Shown: positions 1-9,643 of the stretch, one piece after another | How positions within the stretch are numbered: position 1 is the first letter of the stretch | Layout of the letters: each line of letters begins with the position of its first letter | Assembly: GCA_045535515.1 (NCBI GenBank) | Contig: JAZSLT010000016.1 | Coordinates: 11,598-75,597, forward strand | Reading direction: 5' to 3' | DNA: 64,000 nt | Source of the DNA: Clostridia bacterium | Lineage (GTDB): Bacteria; Bacillota; Clostridia; UMGS1883; UMGS1540 | Notes under the pieces: generated by a model | Told to the model about the DNA's origin: nothing | What the model saw: only the letters and a program-made list of their open reading frames with translations | Databases searched by the model: none | Translations under genes and position numbers: made by a program

Positions 1-673
1 CATCATACGGACTGTTATTCCAATCATTCGTGCCGTACGCGGCAAAAACAATGTCGGGCGTATGTGGCACGGCACCGCCTAGTAGCTCCGGAAAAAACAC
101 CTCTCCGCCGACTGCTTTATTGATGCTGTCCATATGGAGAAGCCTTGCGATTTTGTTTGCGTAGGAGAGAGAAGGAAATTTTGCGTCATACCCTTGCGTG
201 ATGGAATCGCCATAAAAAATGATTTGTCCTCTTCGGCTTCGAGGCGTTATCTCGGCATTATCGTCTACCGTAAGGCCGGCAATTTTAACCTGCACAGACC
301 AGGGGAAATACAGCTCCACATGCTTTCGGCCGGGGGAGAGCGAAAAGGAGAAAGTCATCTCCTCGCTTTCAAAGGCCTCGGTGCCAAGATGCGCACGCAT
401 CACGCCCCCCTCGTATAAATCAAAATATGCGTAGGTGCGGCTGGAGCCGCTTGCCATTTTACAGGTTAAGGCAAGAAAACGCGAATCCGTCACAAACGAA
501 AAACGGATATGGGAGGAACCGCGGGCCTTTCTGTTCAAATCCGCATCCTTATACGCCTCGTAAAGCGAAAGCTCCTCCGCGGTAAAGCGGGAGGGGATTA
601 AAAACCCGTCTTCTTCCGTTATACTTTCCGCGCCGAAGGTTATTGCCTTTATGGTTTTAGTATCTACCTGCAT
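1..673 (-). CDS. SGNH/GDSL-family hydrolase, C-terminally truncated by window edge
   Basis: Reverse-strand ATG at 671-673 with upstream GGAAGTGA SD-like element. Manual translation is open to position 1 (MQVDTKTIKAITFGAE...FYGDSITQGYD...GTNDW) and shows GDS(I) and GxND blocks of SGNH hydrolases. Absent from ORF track because it runs off the edge. Confidence 0.6.
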   Translation of the reverse strand, partial: MQVDTKTIKAITFGAESITEEDGFLIPSRFTAEELSLYEAYKDADLNRKARGSSHIRFSFVTDSRFLALTCKMASGSSRTYAYFDLYEGGVMRAHLGTEAFESEEMTFSFSLSPGRKHVELYFPWSVQVKIAGLTVDDNAEITPRSRRGQIIFYGDSITQGYDAKFPSLSYANKIARLLHMDSINKAVGGEVFFPELLGGAVPHTPDIVFAAYGTNDWNNSPYD

Positions 674-700
674 TATGCTTCACTTCCGTTTCGTACCGGA

Positions 701-1150
701 TTATTCTTCGCTTTCGCCGTGCGTATGTGCATGGCAGCTGCCGCAGCAGCCGTCACACTTTTTCTGGTTTTCAAAGGTAAGACCGGTGCGGTCGCAGTAA
801 TCCTGTATCGCCGCCCCGATAGCCTCCTCCGCCAGCACCGAGCAATGCAGCTTTGCCGGCGGCAGACCATCGAGCGCCTCTACAACGGCCTTGTTTGTAA
901 GGCGAAGCGCCTCCTCCACCGTCTTGCCCTTTACGAGCTCCGTGGCCATACTGCTCGTGGCAATCGCCGCGCCACAGCCGAAGGTTTTGAACTTAATATC
1001 GGTAATTACCTGGTTTTCGTCAATCTTCATATAGATTTTCATAATATCGCCGCATTTGGCGTTTCCGACAGTACCAACGGCGTTGGCATCGGGGATTTCG
1101 CCTACATTACGCGGGTTTTGAAAATGGTCCATTACTTTTTCAGAATACAT
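701..1150 (-). CDS. iscU: Fe-S cluster assembly scaffold protein IscU/NifU
   Basis: 149 aa; three scaffold cysteines in the motifs GNAKCGD, TFGCGAAIATSS and KLHCSVLAEEAI. Sits directly downstream of a cysteine desulfurase. Confidence 0.9.
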   Translation of the reverse strand: MYSEKVMDHFQNPRNVGEIPDANAVGTVGNAKCGDIMKIYMKIDENQVITDIKFKTFGCGAAIATSSMATELVKGKTVEEALRLTNKAVVEALDGLPPAKLHCSVLAEEAIGAAIQDYCDRTGLTFENQKKCDGCCGSCHAHTHGESEE

Positions 1151-1154
1151 TTTT

Positions 1155-2324
1155 TTATTCCTTTCCGTTTTGTATTTCTTCGTATAAGGGGGACATCTGT
1201 CTTAGCTTTTCCACCACGGCGGGAAGTGTTTCCAAAAACGCGTCCACCTCTTCCTCGGTATTCTCCGCCGAAAGGCTCACGCGCAGAGACCCGTGCGCCA
1301 CTTCATGCGGCAGACCAATAGCAAGCAGAACATGCGAGGGGTCCAGAGATGCCGAGGCACAGGCAGAGCCGCTGGAAACGGCAAAGCCGGCGAGTGCCAG
1401 ATGTAAAAGCAGGCCTTCTCCTTCAATAAAACGGAAGGAGAAATTTGCGTTGCCGGGGAGGCGGAGTGTTTCGTGCCCGTTTAAAAGCGTAAAGGGAATT
1501 TTATCTAAAACGCCGCGTATAAGCTTATCGCGAAGATGCGTTACCTTTTCTGTTTTGGCGCGAAGATTAGCCGTAGCATCCGAAAGCGCTTTGGCAAGAC
1601 CGACAATATAGGCGGTGTTTTCCGTACCGGCACGCATGCCGCGTTCCTGACCGCCGCCATGGATAAGACGGCCGATTTTTGTACCCTTTTTGATATATAA
1701 TGCGCCGATGCCTTTGGGGCCGTGGAACTTATGCGCAGAAAGGCTCAGCATATCTACGCCCAGTGTGGACAGGTCAATCGGCAAAGCGCCGACAGCCTGC
1801 ACCGAATCGGTATGAAACAAAACGCCCTTCTCATGCGCCACGGCGGCAAGCTCCGGTATAGGCTGAATGGTGCCGATTTCGTTATTGGCATACATGATGG
1901 AAACGAGCGCCGTATCCTCGCAAATCGCAGCGCGAAGCGCCTCGGGCGAAACTAATCCCTTTTCATCTACCGGCAGATAGGTCACGCGATATCCCTGCTT
2001 TTCCATAAATCCGCAGGTGTGCAAAACGGCATGATGCTCAATGGCCGAGGTGATAATGTGCTTTTTTCCGCTTTTTAAAGCGGCACCCCAGATGGCCCAG
2101 TTATCGGCCTCGCTGCCGGAGGCGGTGAAATAAATTTCACCGGCGGCGCAGCCAAGACAGTCTGCCACCGTCTGCCTCGCCTCTTCCACCGCACGACGGG
2201 CCGAGGAGCCTATCTCGTAGAAAATGGAGGAGGGATTGCCGAATTTTTCGGTGAAGTATGGAAGCATCGCGTCACGGACAGCCGGACTTACAGCTGTGGT
2301 GGCCGCGTTGTCAAAATATATCAT
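1155..2324 (-). CDS. nifS: cysteine desulfurase (NifS/IscS class V aminotransferase)
   Basis: 389 aa; N-term [13 protein letters not shown]-lysine region [12 protein letters not shown] and active-site SSGSACAS loop. Forms an operon with iscU. Confidence 0.85.
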   Translation of the reverse strand: MIYFDNAATTAVSPAVRDAMLPYFTEKFGNPSSIFYEIGSSARRAVEEARQTVADCLGCAAGEIYFTASGSEADNWAIWGAALKSGKKHIITSAIEHHAVLHTCGFMEKQGYRVTYLPVDEKGLVSPEALRAAICEDTALVSIMYANNEIGTIQPIPELAAVAHEKGVLFHTDSVQAVGALPIDLSTLGVDMLSLSAHKFHGPKGIGALYIKKGTKIGRLIHGGGQERGMRAGTENTAYIVGLAKALSDATANLRAKTEKVTHLRDKLIRGVLDKIPFTLLNGHETLRLPGNANFSFRFIEGEGLLLHLALAGFAVSSGSACASASLDPSHVLLAIGLPHEVAHGSLRVSLSAENTEEEVDAFLETLPAVVEKLRQMSPLYEEIQNGKE

Positions 2325-2350
2325 GGTATATCATTCCTTTCCAATAGTAC

Positions 2351-2379
2351 ATTATACACCGAAGAGGAAAAGGTTTCAA
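2351..2379 (-). promoter_or_regulatory. sigma-A type promoter for nifS-iscU
   Basis: On the minus strand TTGAAA, 17 nt, TATAAT lies immediately upstream of the nifS start. Confidence 0.5.
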
Positions 2380-2497
2380 GCCTTTTTTATAAAGAAACAG
2401 AAATTTTGCAAAGTGACTTGTTTTGCCTTCTTTTTTGTGATATAATGTACGCATGCATGTTATATCCATAAAAGGAATAAAAAGGGAGGAAAAAAGT

Positions 2498-3298
2498 ATG
2501 GGATTTTTACAGGGAAAAACAGCGATTATTACGGGTGCAGGCTTTGCCGCGCTCTCTGACGGCCGATGCGGCTCTATTGGTTACGGCATCGCCGTAGCAT
2601 ACGCCAAGGAAGGGGCCAATCTCGTTATCACCGGCCGTAATGTTGCCAAGCTCGAAAAGGCGAAGGAGGAGCTGGAAAAGCTTTACGGCATCCGTGTACT
2701 GATAATTGCCGCCGATATTTGTGACGGGGCGGATAACGAAAGCGTTGTCAAAAATGTGGTGGACAAAACGATAGCGGAATTCGGCAGAATTGATGTTCTT
2801 ATTAACAACGCACAAGCCTCTGCGTCCGGTGTGCCGATACAGGAGCACACAACAGAGCAGTTTAATCTGGCACTTTATTCCGGTCTGTATGCGACCTTCT
2901 ATTATATGAAGGCCTGCTATCCGTACCTCAAGGAAACAAAGGGAAGTGTGATTAACTTCGCATCCGGTGCCGGCCTTTTCGGCAACTACGGCCAATGCTC
3001 GTATGCTGCCGCAAAGGAAGCTATCCGCGGTCTTTCCCGCGTAGCCGCTACCGAATGGGCAAAGGATGGCATTAACACCAATATTATCTGTCCGCTTGCG
3101 TGGACAGCACAGCTGGAAAACTTCCAGAAGGCGTATCCCGATGCCTTCCAGGCCAATGTAAAGATGCCGCCTGCCGGTCATTTTGGCGACTCGGAGCTGG
3201 AAATCGGCAGAGTATGCGTACAGCTGGCCTCGCCTGACTTTAAGTACATGAACGGCGAAACACTCACACTAGAAGGCGGAATGGGACTCCGTCCGTAA
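2498..3298 (+). CDS. SDR family NAD(P)-dependent oxidoreductase
   Basis: ATG at 2498 preceded by AAGGGAGG. TGAGFAA glycine-rich Rossmann motif, NNAQ and YxxxK (YAAAK) catalytic motifs. Hairpin at 3311-3334 follows. Confidence 0.8.
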   Translation: MGFLQGKTAIITGAGFAALSDGRCGSIGYGIAVAYAKEGANLVITGRNVAKLEKAKEELEKLYGIRVLIIAADICDGADNESVVKNVVDKTIAEFGRIDVLINNAQASASGVPIQEHTTEQFNLALYSGLYATFYYMKACYPYLKETKGSVINFASGAGLFGNYGQCSYAAAKEAIRGLSRVAATEWAKDGINTNIICPLAWTAQLENFQKAYPDAFQANVKMPPAGHFGDSELEIGRVCVQLASPDFKYMNGETLTLEGGMGLRP

Positions 3299-3357
3299 GA
3301 GAACATAGTTGTAGGGCAGAGATTTCTGCCCTACAAATTCTATACAGGGAGAAGTGT

Positions 3358-4242
3358 ATGCAGTACTACGCACCGGATTATTATACGGCATTTTCCTGCC
3401 TTGGAAGTGCGTGCCGGCACACCTGCTGTCGCGGCTGGGAAATTGACATAGATGCCGAAACCTACGCGCGCTACCAAAAGGAAGAGGGCGCGTTTGGTGC
3501 ACGCCTTCGCGCCGCCATAATGAAAGATGAGAGCGGCGCACATTTTCGCCTGGGAGAGGACGAGCGGTGTCCCTTTTTAAGTCGTGATAATCTGTGCGAC
3601 ATTATCATAGAGCTTGGCGAGGAGGCGCTTTGCGCTATTTGTACCGACCATCCGCGCTACCGCAATTTCTTTGAAAACCGCACGGAAATTGGCCTCGGCC
3701 TTGCCTGTGAGGCGGCGTGCGGGCTGATTTTGTCGGGCAAAACAAAACCTGAAATGCGTTCACTTGGCGGAGAGGGGAACGGTACCTGTACGCCGGAGGA
3801 ACAGCTTTTTTTCGCGCTCAGGGCGGAAATTCTCGAGGTCATTTTTGCGGCTGATACGGCGGAGGAGGCTATGGAAACCTTGGCGGCGCGCTTTTCGCTT
3901 TGCGAGCCGGAGCTGGATTGGGCGGCCTTTTACGGCGGTTTAGAAATCCTCCATGCTTCTTGGGCGGATAAGGTGAAGACTCTTTCCGAAAAAAGGGAAC
4001 AGGCGCCGATTTCAGACCTTCCGAAAAAACAGCTTATGGCCTATTTCGTTTATCGCCATCTGGCAGACGGACGGGAGGATGGCCGCTATGTGCCCCGCAT
4101 TTCGTTTGCCCTGCATGCCACGAAAATCATAAGCCGCCTTTCTTCATCCGATGCGGAATTTTTGGATACGGCGCGCCGGTATTCGGAGGAAGTGGAATAT
4201 GCGGCCGAAAATATGGAGCGGGTGCTTTCCGTTTTGGAATAA
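3358..4242 (+). CDS. YkgJ/FliB-like cysteine-cluster protein (flagellin lysine-N-methylase family)
   Basis: N-terminal FSCLGSACRHTCCRGWEIDIDAETYARY matches the Cx4Cx3CC-GW-I signature I recall for FliB/YkgJ proteins; 294 aa. Confidence 0.55.
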   Translation: MQYYAPDYYTAFSCLGSACRHTCCRGWEIDIDAETYARYQKEEGAFGARLRAAIMKDESGAHFRLGEDERCPFLSRDNLCDIIIELGEEALCAICTDHPRYRNFFENRTEIGLGLACEAACGLILSGKTKPEMRSLGGEGNGTCTPEEQLFFALRAEILEVIFAADTAEEAMETLAARFSLCEPELDWAAFYGGLEILHASWADKVKTLSEKREQAPISDLPKKQLMAYFVYRHLADGREDGRYVPRISFALHATKIISRLSSSDAEFLDTARRYSEEVEYAAENMERVLSVLE

Positions 4243-4339
4243 AAATAAAAAAAGAGGGAACTTTCTGCGCACCCGGGCCGTCTTACATAGTGAACATAGA
4301 GAAAAGCTAAAAAATACTTAATGCAAAAGGAGAATGAAA

Positions 4340-5203
4340 ATGCAGAAAAAGAGAATACTGGCCCTGCTTTTGGCTGCCATGATGATATGCACCATGGCCG
4401 GTTGCCAAAGCGAGAACGGTGGGGAGGAGCCCCCGAAGGTAGAAACGGGGGAATCCGTGGCAACACCTGTGCCGGAAAGCACAGAGACGCCTTCCTCGGA
4501 AGTAGTGGCAGACCCGACAGCACCGGTACAATCGGAAAAACCGGCAGACAAGCCCGCGGCGAAACCGGCTGCAAAGCCGGCAGATACACCCGAGGGGAAG
4601 CCTGTTCAGAAACCGGCCGAGGCGCCTGAGGCAGCGCCCGCCCCGAAACCAGCGGAGAAGCCTGTGGTAGTACCCACCCCGAAACCGGCTGAGAAACCTG
4701 ATGCAGCACCCACCCAGAAACCGACGGAGAAGCCTACGGCGGCACCTACCCAGAAGCCGACCGCGGCTCCCTCCGAGGCACCAACGGCAAAACCGCAGGA
4801 AGCCAAAACCGTGGGACAAATTCTTTTGGCAGATTTTAAGGCCAAGGCCGGCTCGGCAGAGGGCGCGGAAGAATTAGCCAACGCCCTGTCTTCTAATTCT
4901 ATCCTGCCTTTCTTTGGCGCCACTATGCCGGTAGAGCCGGGACTTCTGTCCGGCTTTGGCAATACGGAGATAAAAGGTTTTCGTGAAGGGGCCATGTTCG
5001 CGCCTATGATTGGGGCCATTCCCTTTGTAGGCTATGTGTTCGTGCTGGAGGATGGTGTGAGCGCGGGTGACTTTGTTGCCACCTTAAAAAAGAGCGCAGA
5101 CCTTCGCTGGAATATCTGTGTGGAGGCGGAAGAAATGGTTACCGGCACGGTAGGGAATAAGGTATTCTTCGTGATGTGCCCCAAGGATTTTTCTGAGGAA
5201 TAA
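4340..5203 (+). CDS. lipoprotein with long Lys/Pro/Ala/Thr-rich low-complexity linker and C-terminal globular domain
   Basis: Signal peptide with lipobox (LLLAAMMICTMAGC). About 110 aa of KPAAKPA/EKPT-type repeats, then a roughly 130 aa C-terminal domain. ATG at 4340 has better SD spacing than 4334. Confidence 0.65.
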   Translation: MQKKRILALLLAAMMICTMAGCQSENGGEEPPKVETGESVATPVPESTETPSSEVVADPTAPVQSEKPADKPAAKPAAKPADTPEGKPVQKPAEAPEAAPAPKPAEKPVVVPTPKPAEKPDAAPTQKPTEKPTAAPTQKPTAAPSEAPTAKPQEAKTVGQILLADFKAKAGSAEGAEELANALSSNSILPFFGATMPVEPGLLSGFGNTEIKGFREGAMFAPMIGAIPFVGYVFVLEDGVSAGDFVATLKKSADLRWNICVEAEEMVTGTVGNKVFFVMCPKDFSEE

Positions 5204-5264
5204 GATACCAAAAACAAAGACGAGCGCCTCTTTTTGCGTTCGTTTTTGTGTATAGAGGTGCAGT

Positions 5265-6665
5265 ATGGTTTTTTCAAGTATTCCGTTTTTATATTATTTT
5301 CTGCCGCTATGTATCCTCGTTTATACGGCGGCACCCAGAAAGTGCAAAAACATCGTATTGCTCGCGTTTAGTCTGTCATTTTACGCGTGGGGCGAACCGA
5401 AATATGTTTTTTTGATGGTAGCGACCATCGTGGTAAACTACGGACTCGCGTTAGGCGTGGGGAAGTATAGAGGAAAAACCCTCGCGAAGTGCTTTTTGTG
5501 GACGGCTGTTTTATTTGACATAGGGTGTCTCGGTTATTTCAAGTATGCCGATTTCTTCATCCAAAACTTTAACATGGCCACAGGGCAATCTGCAAAGCTT
5601 TTGCAGGTGGCGCTGCCCATCGGCATCAGCTTTTATACATTTCAGACGCTCAGCTATGTCATCGATGTATACCGCGGCGATGCAGAGGCGCAAAGAAATC
5701 CGATTACCCTTGCGACTTATATAACACTTTTCCCACAGCTGATTGCCGGTCCCATTGTGCGCTATGTGGATGTAGAGCGCGAGCTTTGCACGCGCGTGCA
5801 CACCACCGAAAAGACGGCAGAGGGCATCCGCCGCTTTATTATCGGGCTTTCCAAAAAGGTACTGCTTGCCAATACCTTGGGCGAGCTTTGCGCGGCTTTT
5901 TCCCAAAGCGGCGAAAAATCCGTCCTCTTTTATTGGCTGATGGTGGTGGCGTATATGCTGCAGGTCTACTTCGATTTTTCCGGCTATAGCGATATGGCGA
6001 TTGGCCTTGGAAAAATCTTTGGGTTTCATTTTCTGGAAAACTTCCGCTATCCGTTTATCTCCCGCAGCATTACAGAATTCTGGCGGCGATGGCACATATC
6101 TTTGGGCAGCTGGTTTCGCGACTATGTGTATATACCCTTAGGCGGCAACCGCGTCAGGGCGGGAAGACTTCTCGGTAACATCTTTGTCGTCTGGTTTCTG
6201 ACAGGCTTCTGGCACGGCGCTGAATGGAATTTTATCGTGTGGGGCGTATATTTTGGTGTGCTGCTCACGCTGGAAAAGCTATTTTACCGGAATTTTGTGG
6301 AGAGAAGTAAAGTTTTCGGGAACCTGTATGTTTTATTCTTTGTAGCTATCAGCTTTGCCATTTTCAGCGCAGGCTCTCTCTCCGGCGCACTGGAGATGGT
6401 AGGCGGTATGTTTGGCAAAGGCAATTTGCCGCTATCGTCCGGTGCCTTTTTGTATAACCTTCGCAGCTACGGCATAATTTTGGCCGTGGGTATGCTGGCG
6501 GCCACACCCATCCCGAAGCGCATCCATGCGTGGATTATGACGAAAAAAGGGCCGGCGACCGTGTGGGGCATACTGGAAATACCGCTATTGGCCCTGCTGC
6601 TGCTTTTGGCAACGGCTTTTCTGGCGGACGGTGCCTTCAATCCATTTTTGTACTTCAGATTTTAA
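5265..6665 (+). CDS. MBOAT family membrane-bound O-acyltransferase (DltB/AlgI-like)
   Basis: 466 aa polytopic protein with N-term MVFSSIPFLYYFLP and the conserved FWRRWHISLGSWFRDYVYIPLGGNR His motif of MBOAT enzymes. Confidence 0.85.
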   Translation: MVFSSIPFLYYFLPLCILVYTAAPRKCKNIVLLAFSLSFYAWGEPKYVFLMVATIVVNYGLALGVGKYRGKTLAKCFLWTAVLFDIGCLGYFKYADFFIQNFNMATGQSAKLLQVALPIGISFYTFQTLSYVIDVYRGDAEAQRNPITLATYITLFPQLIAGPIVRYVDVERELCTRVHTTEKTAEGIRRFIIGLSKKVLLANTLGELCAAFSQSGEKSVLFYWLMVVAYMLQVYFDFSGYSDMAIGLGKIFGFHFLENFRYPFISRSITEFWRRWHISLGSWFRDYVYIPLGGNRVRAGRLLGNIFVVWFLTGFWHGAEWNFIVWGVYFGVLLTLEKLFYRNFVERSKVFGNLYVLFFVAISFAIFSAGSLSGALEMVGGMFGKGNLPLSSGAFLYNLRSYGIILAVGMLAATPIPKRIHAWIMTKKGPATVWGILEIPLLALLLLLATAFLADGAFNPFLYFRF

Positions 6666-6677
6666 GGAGGGATTTGC

Positions 6678-7784
6678 GTGAGAGGAAAACGAAAAAATAT
6701 ATGCTTTATCCTTTTCTTTTGCCTTTTGCTTTTTGGTACGAGCATCCTTTGCATGGTAAGCCCCGCGGAGGTATTTTCCCAGAGCGAGCGGCGGGAGCTG
6801 GCGACCTTTCCGGCCTTAACTGCCGCCTCCTTCCAAAGCGGAGAGTTTGCGGAAGGGTTTGAAACCTACGCGACAGAGCGGTTCCCCTATCGCGATACCT
6901 TTCGTGCGATTAAGGCGTGGTTTTCCGCAAATGCGATGGGAAAACTCGATAACAACGGCCTTTTTGTAGCGGATGGGCATATCTCCAAAATAGACAGCAC
7001 AGAAAACCCCGCCATGATGGAGCATGCGGCCGAGCGGTTTTCGTATTTATACCGGTCGTTTATCGAGAATAAAAACGCCCATGTATATCTGGCCATCATA
7101 CCTGACAAAAACTTTATTCTCGCACCGCAAAACGGCTATCCTTCTCTGGATTATGCCGGCTTTACGGAAAGGATGCGCCAAAAGCTTCCGTTCATGACAT
7201 ATATTGATGTGACGGACATGCTGTCGCTTTCCGATTATTATACCACCGACACGCATTGGCGGCAGGAAAAAATACAGGATGTGGCGGTGAAAATAGGCGA
7301 TGCCATGGGCACAGATGTTCGGGCGGACTACGAGGAGCTTACGCTCGAAAACAAATTTTACGGGGTGTATAAGGGACAGCTGGCACTTCCCTTTACGCCG
7401 GATACACTTGTTTACTTGCAAAATGAGGAACTTCGCGGCTCCCGGGTGACCTATTATGATACCGGAAAACCCAAAAAGGGCGAGATGTACAACATGGAAA
7501 AGGCGGCAGGGAAGGACCCGTATGAGATGTTCTTATCCGGCACCACGCCGCTTGTTACCATCGAAAACCCAAGCGCGAAAAGCGACAGGGAGCTCGTCAT
7601 GTTCCGCGACTCCTTCGGCAGCAGCATAGCGCCGCTTCTTTCTGCCGGCTACCGCAAAATAACGCTCGTGGATATCCGCTATATGCAAAGCAGCTTCGTG
7701 GGGAATTTTGTAGATTTTGAAAATGCGGATGTGCTCTTTTTATACAGCACCACGCTTTTAAATAACAGCTTGGCACTCAGATAA
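6678..7784 (+). CDS. DHHW-family extracytoplasmic partner of MBOAT (AlgJ/AlgX-like)
   Basis: GTG start 6 nt after AAGGAGGG. N-terminal signal/anchor, then TTDTHWRQ (D-x-H-W) motif. Adjacent to MBOAT as in known MBOAT-DHHW pairs. Terminator hairpin at 7784-7820. Confidence 0.6.
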   Translation: MRGKRKNICFILFFCLLLFGTSILCMVSPAEVFSQSERRELATFPALTAASFQSGEFAEGFETYATERFPYRDTFRAIKAWFSANAMGKLDNNGLFVADGHISKIDSTENPAMMEHAAERFSYLYRSFIENKNAHVYLAIIPDKNFILAPQNGYPSLDYAGFTERMRQKLPFMTYIDVTDMLSLSDYYTTDTHWRQEKIQDVAVKIGDAMGTDVRADYEELTLENKFYGVYKGQLALPFTPDTLVYLQNEELRGSRVTYYDTGKPKKGEMYNMEKAAGKDPYEMFLSGTTPLVTIENPSAKSDRELVMFRDSFGSSIAPLLSAGYRKITLVDIRYMQSSFVGNFVDFENADVLFLYSTTLLNNSLALR

Positions 7785-7889
7785 AAAAGAAGGCATGCAA
7801 AACATGCCTTCTTTTTTATCTGGCATAGAATTTTTATCCGTATAAAAAGATTTTTTCTGTTTATACTACAAGAGGAAGGAGTGAAACCC

Positions 7890-8516
7890 ATGAAAAGCAT
7901 AACATGTATTATTTTGCTTATGGCGTTATGTTTGCTTGGCGGCTGCAACATGGCGGAAGACCGGTTGCCCATGCCCTCATCCATGCCGACCATAAAGCCT
8001 TCTATGCTTCCATCTATTATCCCCTCTGACATGCCGATAGAGATGGCGACGGAAAGCCCCGTCGCCCTCGGCGCCTTTACGACAGAAATTTTGGACACTA
8101 CGCCGGCGCGCGTCCATAACATAGAGCTTTGCGCGCAAGCCTTAAATGGTCTGGTGGTAGAGGGCGGTGCCGAGTTTTCCTTTAACGGTGCCGTGGGTGA
8201 GCGTACAAGCGAAAAAGGATATGGGGAGGCGCTTATGCTGGTGGGCGGAGAAAGAAAGATGGCCATAGGCGGGGGCGTGTGTCAAATCAGCAGTACCTTG
8301 TACAAGGCGGCAGAAGCGGCCGGCATGGAAATTCTGGAGCGGCACAACCACACCGGAGAAGTACATTATATCGAAATCGGGCAGGATGCGGCCGTATCCT
8401 TCGGGGAACAGGATTTTCGGTTTCGTAATCCGTATGCCGAACCGGTAAAAATTGCCATCACGATAGAAAATACAAAAGTGGGAGCGGTTTTATACAAAGT
8501 TGTAACAAACATGTAA
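7890..8516 (+). CDS. VanW family lipoprotein
   Basis: Lipobox LLGGC; GGGVCQISSTLYKAA matches the VanW domain core motif. Confidence 0.65.
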   Translation: MKSITCIILLMALCLLGGCNMAEDRLPMPSSMPTIKPSMLPSIIPSDMPIEMATESPVALGAFTTEILDTTPARVHNIELCAQALNGLVVEGGAEFSFNGAVGERTSEKGYGEALMLVGGERKMAIGGGVCQISSTLYKAAEAAGMEILERHNHTGEVHYIEIGQDAAVSFGEQDFRFRNPYAEPVKIAITIENTKVGAVLYKVVTNM

Positions 8517-8545
8517 CAAAAAAGTTTACATTTTTTAAAAAAGAG

Positions 8546-8574
8546 ATTGACATAAAGGCTTATTTGTGGTATAC
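8546..8574 (+). promoter_or_regulatory. strong sigma-A promoter of veg
   Basis: TTGACA, 17 nt, then TGgTATACT, an extended -10. Lies about 75 nt upstream of the veg ATG. Confidence 0.7.
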
Positions 8575-8649
8575 TGTAAACAAGGATACCGCTATATATT
8601 GCGTTTGCAAGACGGCGGAGGCCGGAAACAGAAGAAGGATGTGTTAGGA

Positions 8650-8910
8650 ATGATTGTACGCAGTGATTTGACGAAAATGAAAGAAAATTTAGACAGCATT
8701 GTGGGACAGGAAATTCAGTTGACAGCACGAAGGGGACATAAACGGGCGGTAACGAGAAGGGGTGTAATTGAAAAGACATACCCCAGCATTTTTATCGTTC
8801 GTCTTGAAAATACGCGGGATAGTGCACAGGACGGCCGTCGCATTTCCTATAGCTACGCCGATGTTCTCACAAAGGTAATTGAGGTAACGCCCTTTGTGGC
8901 AGCACAATAG
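8650..8910 (+). CDS. veg: Veg family protein (biofilm stimulator Veg, DUF1021)
   Basis: 86 aa; TARRGHKRAVTRRGVIEKTYPSIFIVRL...RISYSYADVLTKVIEV closely parallels B. subtilis Veg (RVSYSYADILTK). Terminator at 8923-8966. Confidence 0.8.
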   Translation: MIVRSDLTKMKENLDSIVGQEIQLTARRGHKRAVTRRGVIEKTYPSIFIVRLENTRDSAQDGRRISYSYADVLTKVIEVTPFVAAQ

Positions 8911-9015
8911 ATATTTTGGCTTAAAGGAGGCTGTTTAAAACGAAGAGTTTTAAGCAGCCTTTATTTTAGAAACCATACAAAAAACCTCCTCATAGTATAT
9001 AGAGGAGGTGATTTT

Positions 9016-9498
9016 ATGCCCGGAATAAAGGAATATAACAGACGGCGTGCCGCAGAGTATGCGAAAAAATGGGCCTATGAAAGAAACCCGGCTTATTTTG
9101 ATTTTACGGATATTGGCGGAGATTGCACAAATTTTATCTCTCAATGCCTGTATGCCGGAAGCGGCGTGATGAACTACACGCCGGAGGTGGGGTGGTATTA
9201 CCGGAATATAAACGACCGCTCCCCTTCGTGGACGGGTGTGGAATTTCTGTATGATTTTCTGGTTACTAACACCGAGCGTGCCCCGTTTGCAAGAGAATCG
9301 GTGCCGGAAGAAATGGAGATAGGCGATGTCATTCAGCTGGGGAACGGAGAAAAATTCTACCATTCCCTGCTGGTAACGGGGATACGCGGTGGGGAGATTT
9401 ATGTAGCCGCCCATAGCTTCAATGCGTATATGCGTGCCCTTTCAAGCTACACCTTTTCCGAAGTCCGGTTTTTGCATATAGAAGGCGTGTATATTTGA
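9016..9498 (+). CDS. putative amidase-domain protein (Cys-peptidase-like)
   Basis: 160 aa; WAYERNPAYFDFTDIGGDCTNFISQCLYAG resembles the putative amidase domain family of Firmicutes. SD is sequestered in a hairpin (see findings). Confidence 0.5.
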   Translation: MPGIKEYNRRRAAEYAKKWAYERNPAYFDFTDIGGDCTNFISQCLYAGSGVMNYTPEVGWYYRNINDRSPSWTGVEFLYDFLVTNTERAPFARESVPEEMEIGDVIQLGNGEKFYHSLLVTGIRGGEIYVAAHSFNAYMRALSSYTFSEVRFLHIEGVYI

Positions 9499-9643
9499 AG
9501 ACACAAAAGGCGCCCCGGGGGGGTGCCCCTTTTGTGAGAAAAATGAAAAAGAATTGGTTTTTGGGGAGCATCGCTCCCGCATATATAAGGATACCACATA
9601 TTTGTTTCTGTATTATAAGAAGTTCTTGAATAATCTGTAAACA

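Noticed and set aside
134-434. Two plus-strand ORFs (94 and 71 aa) at the window start
   Set aside because: They are antisense to the SGNH hydrolase gene, which translates cleanly from 673 to 1 with conserved motifs.
4086-4819. Overlapping minus-strand ORFs of 207, 170 and 77 aa across the lipoprotein gene
   Set aside because: Antisense shadows of the Pro/Ala-rich repeat region: the complementary frames are Gly/Arg/Leu-rich and stop-free. There is no SD and no recognisable domain.
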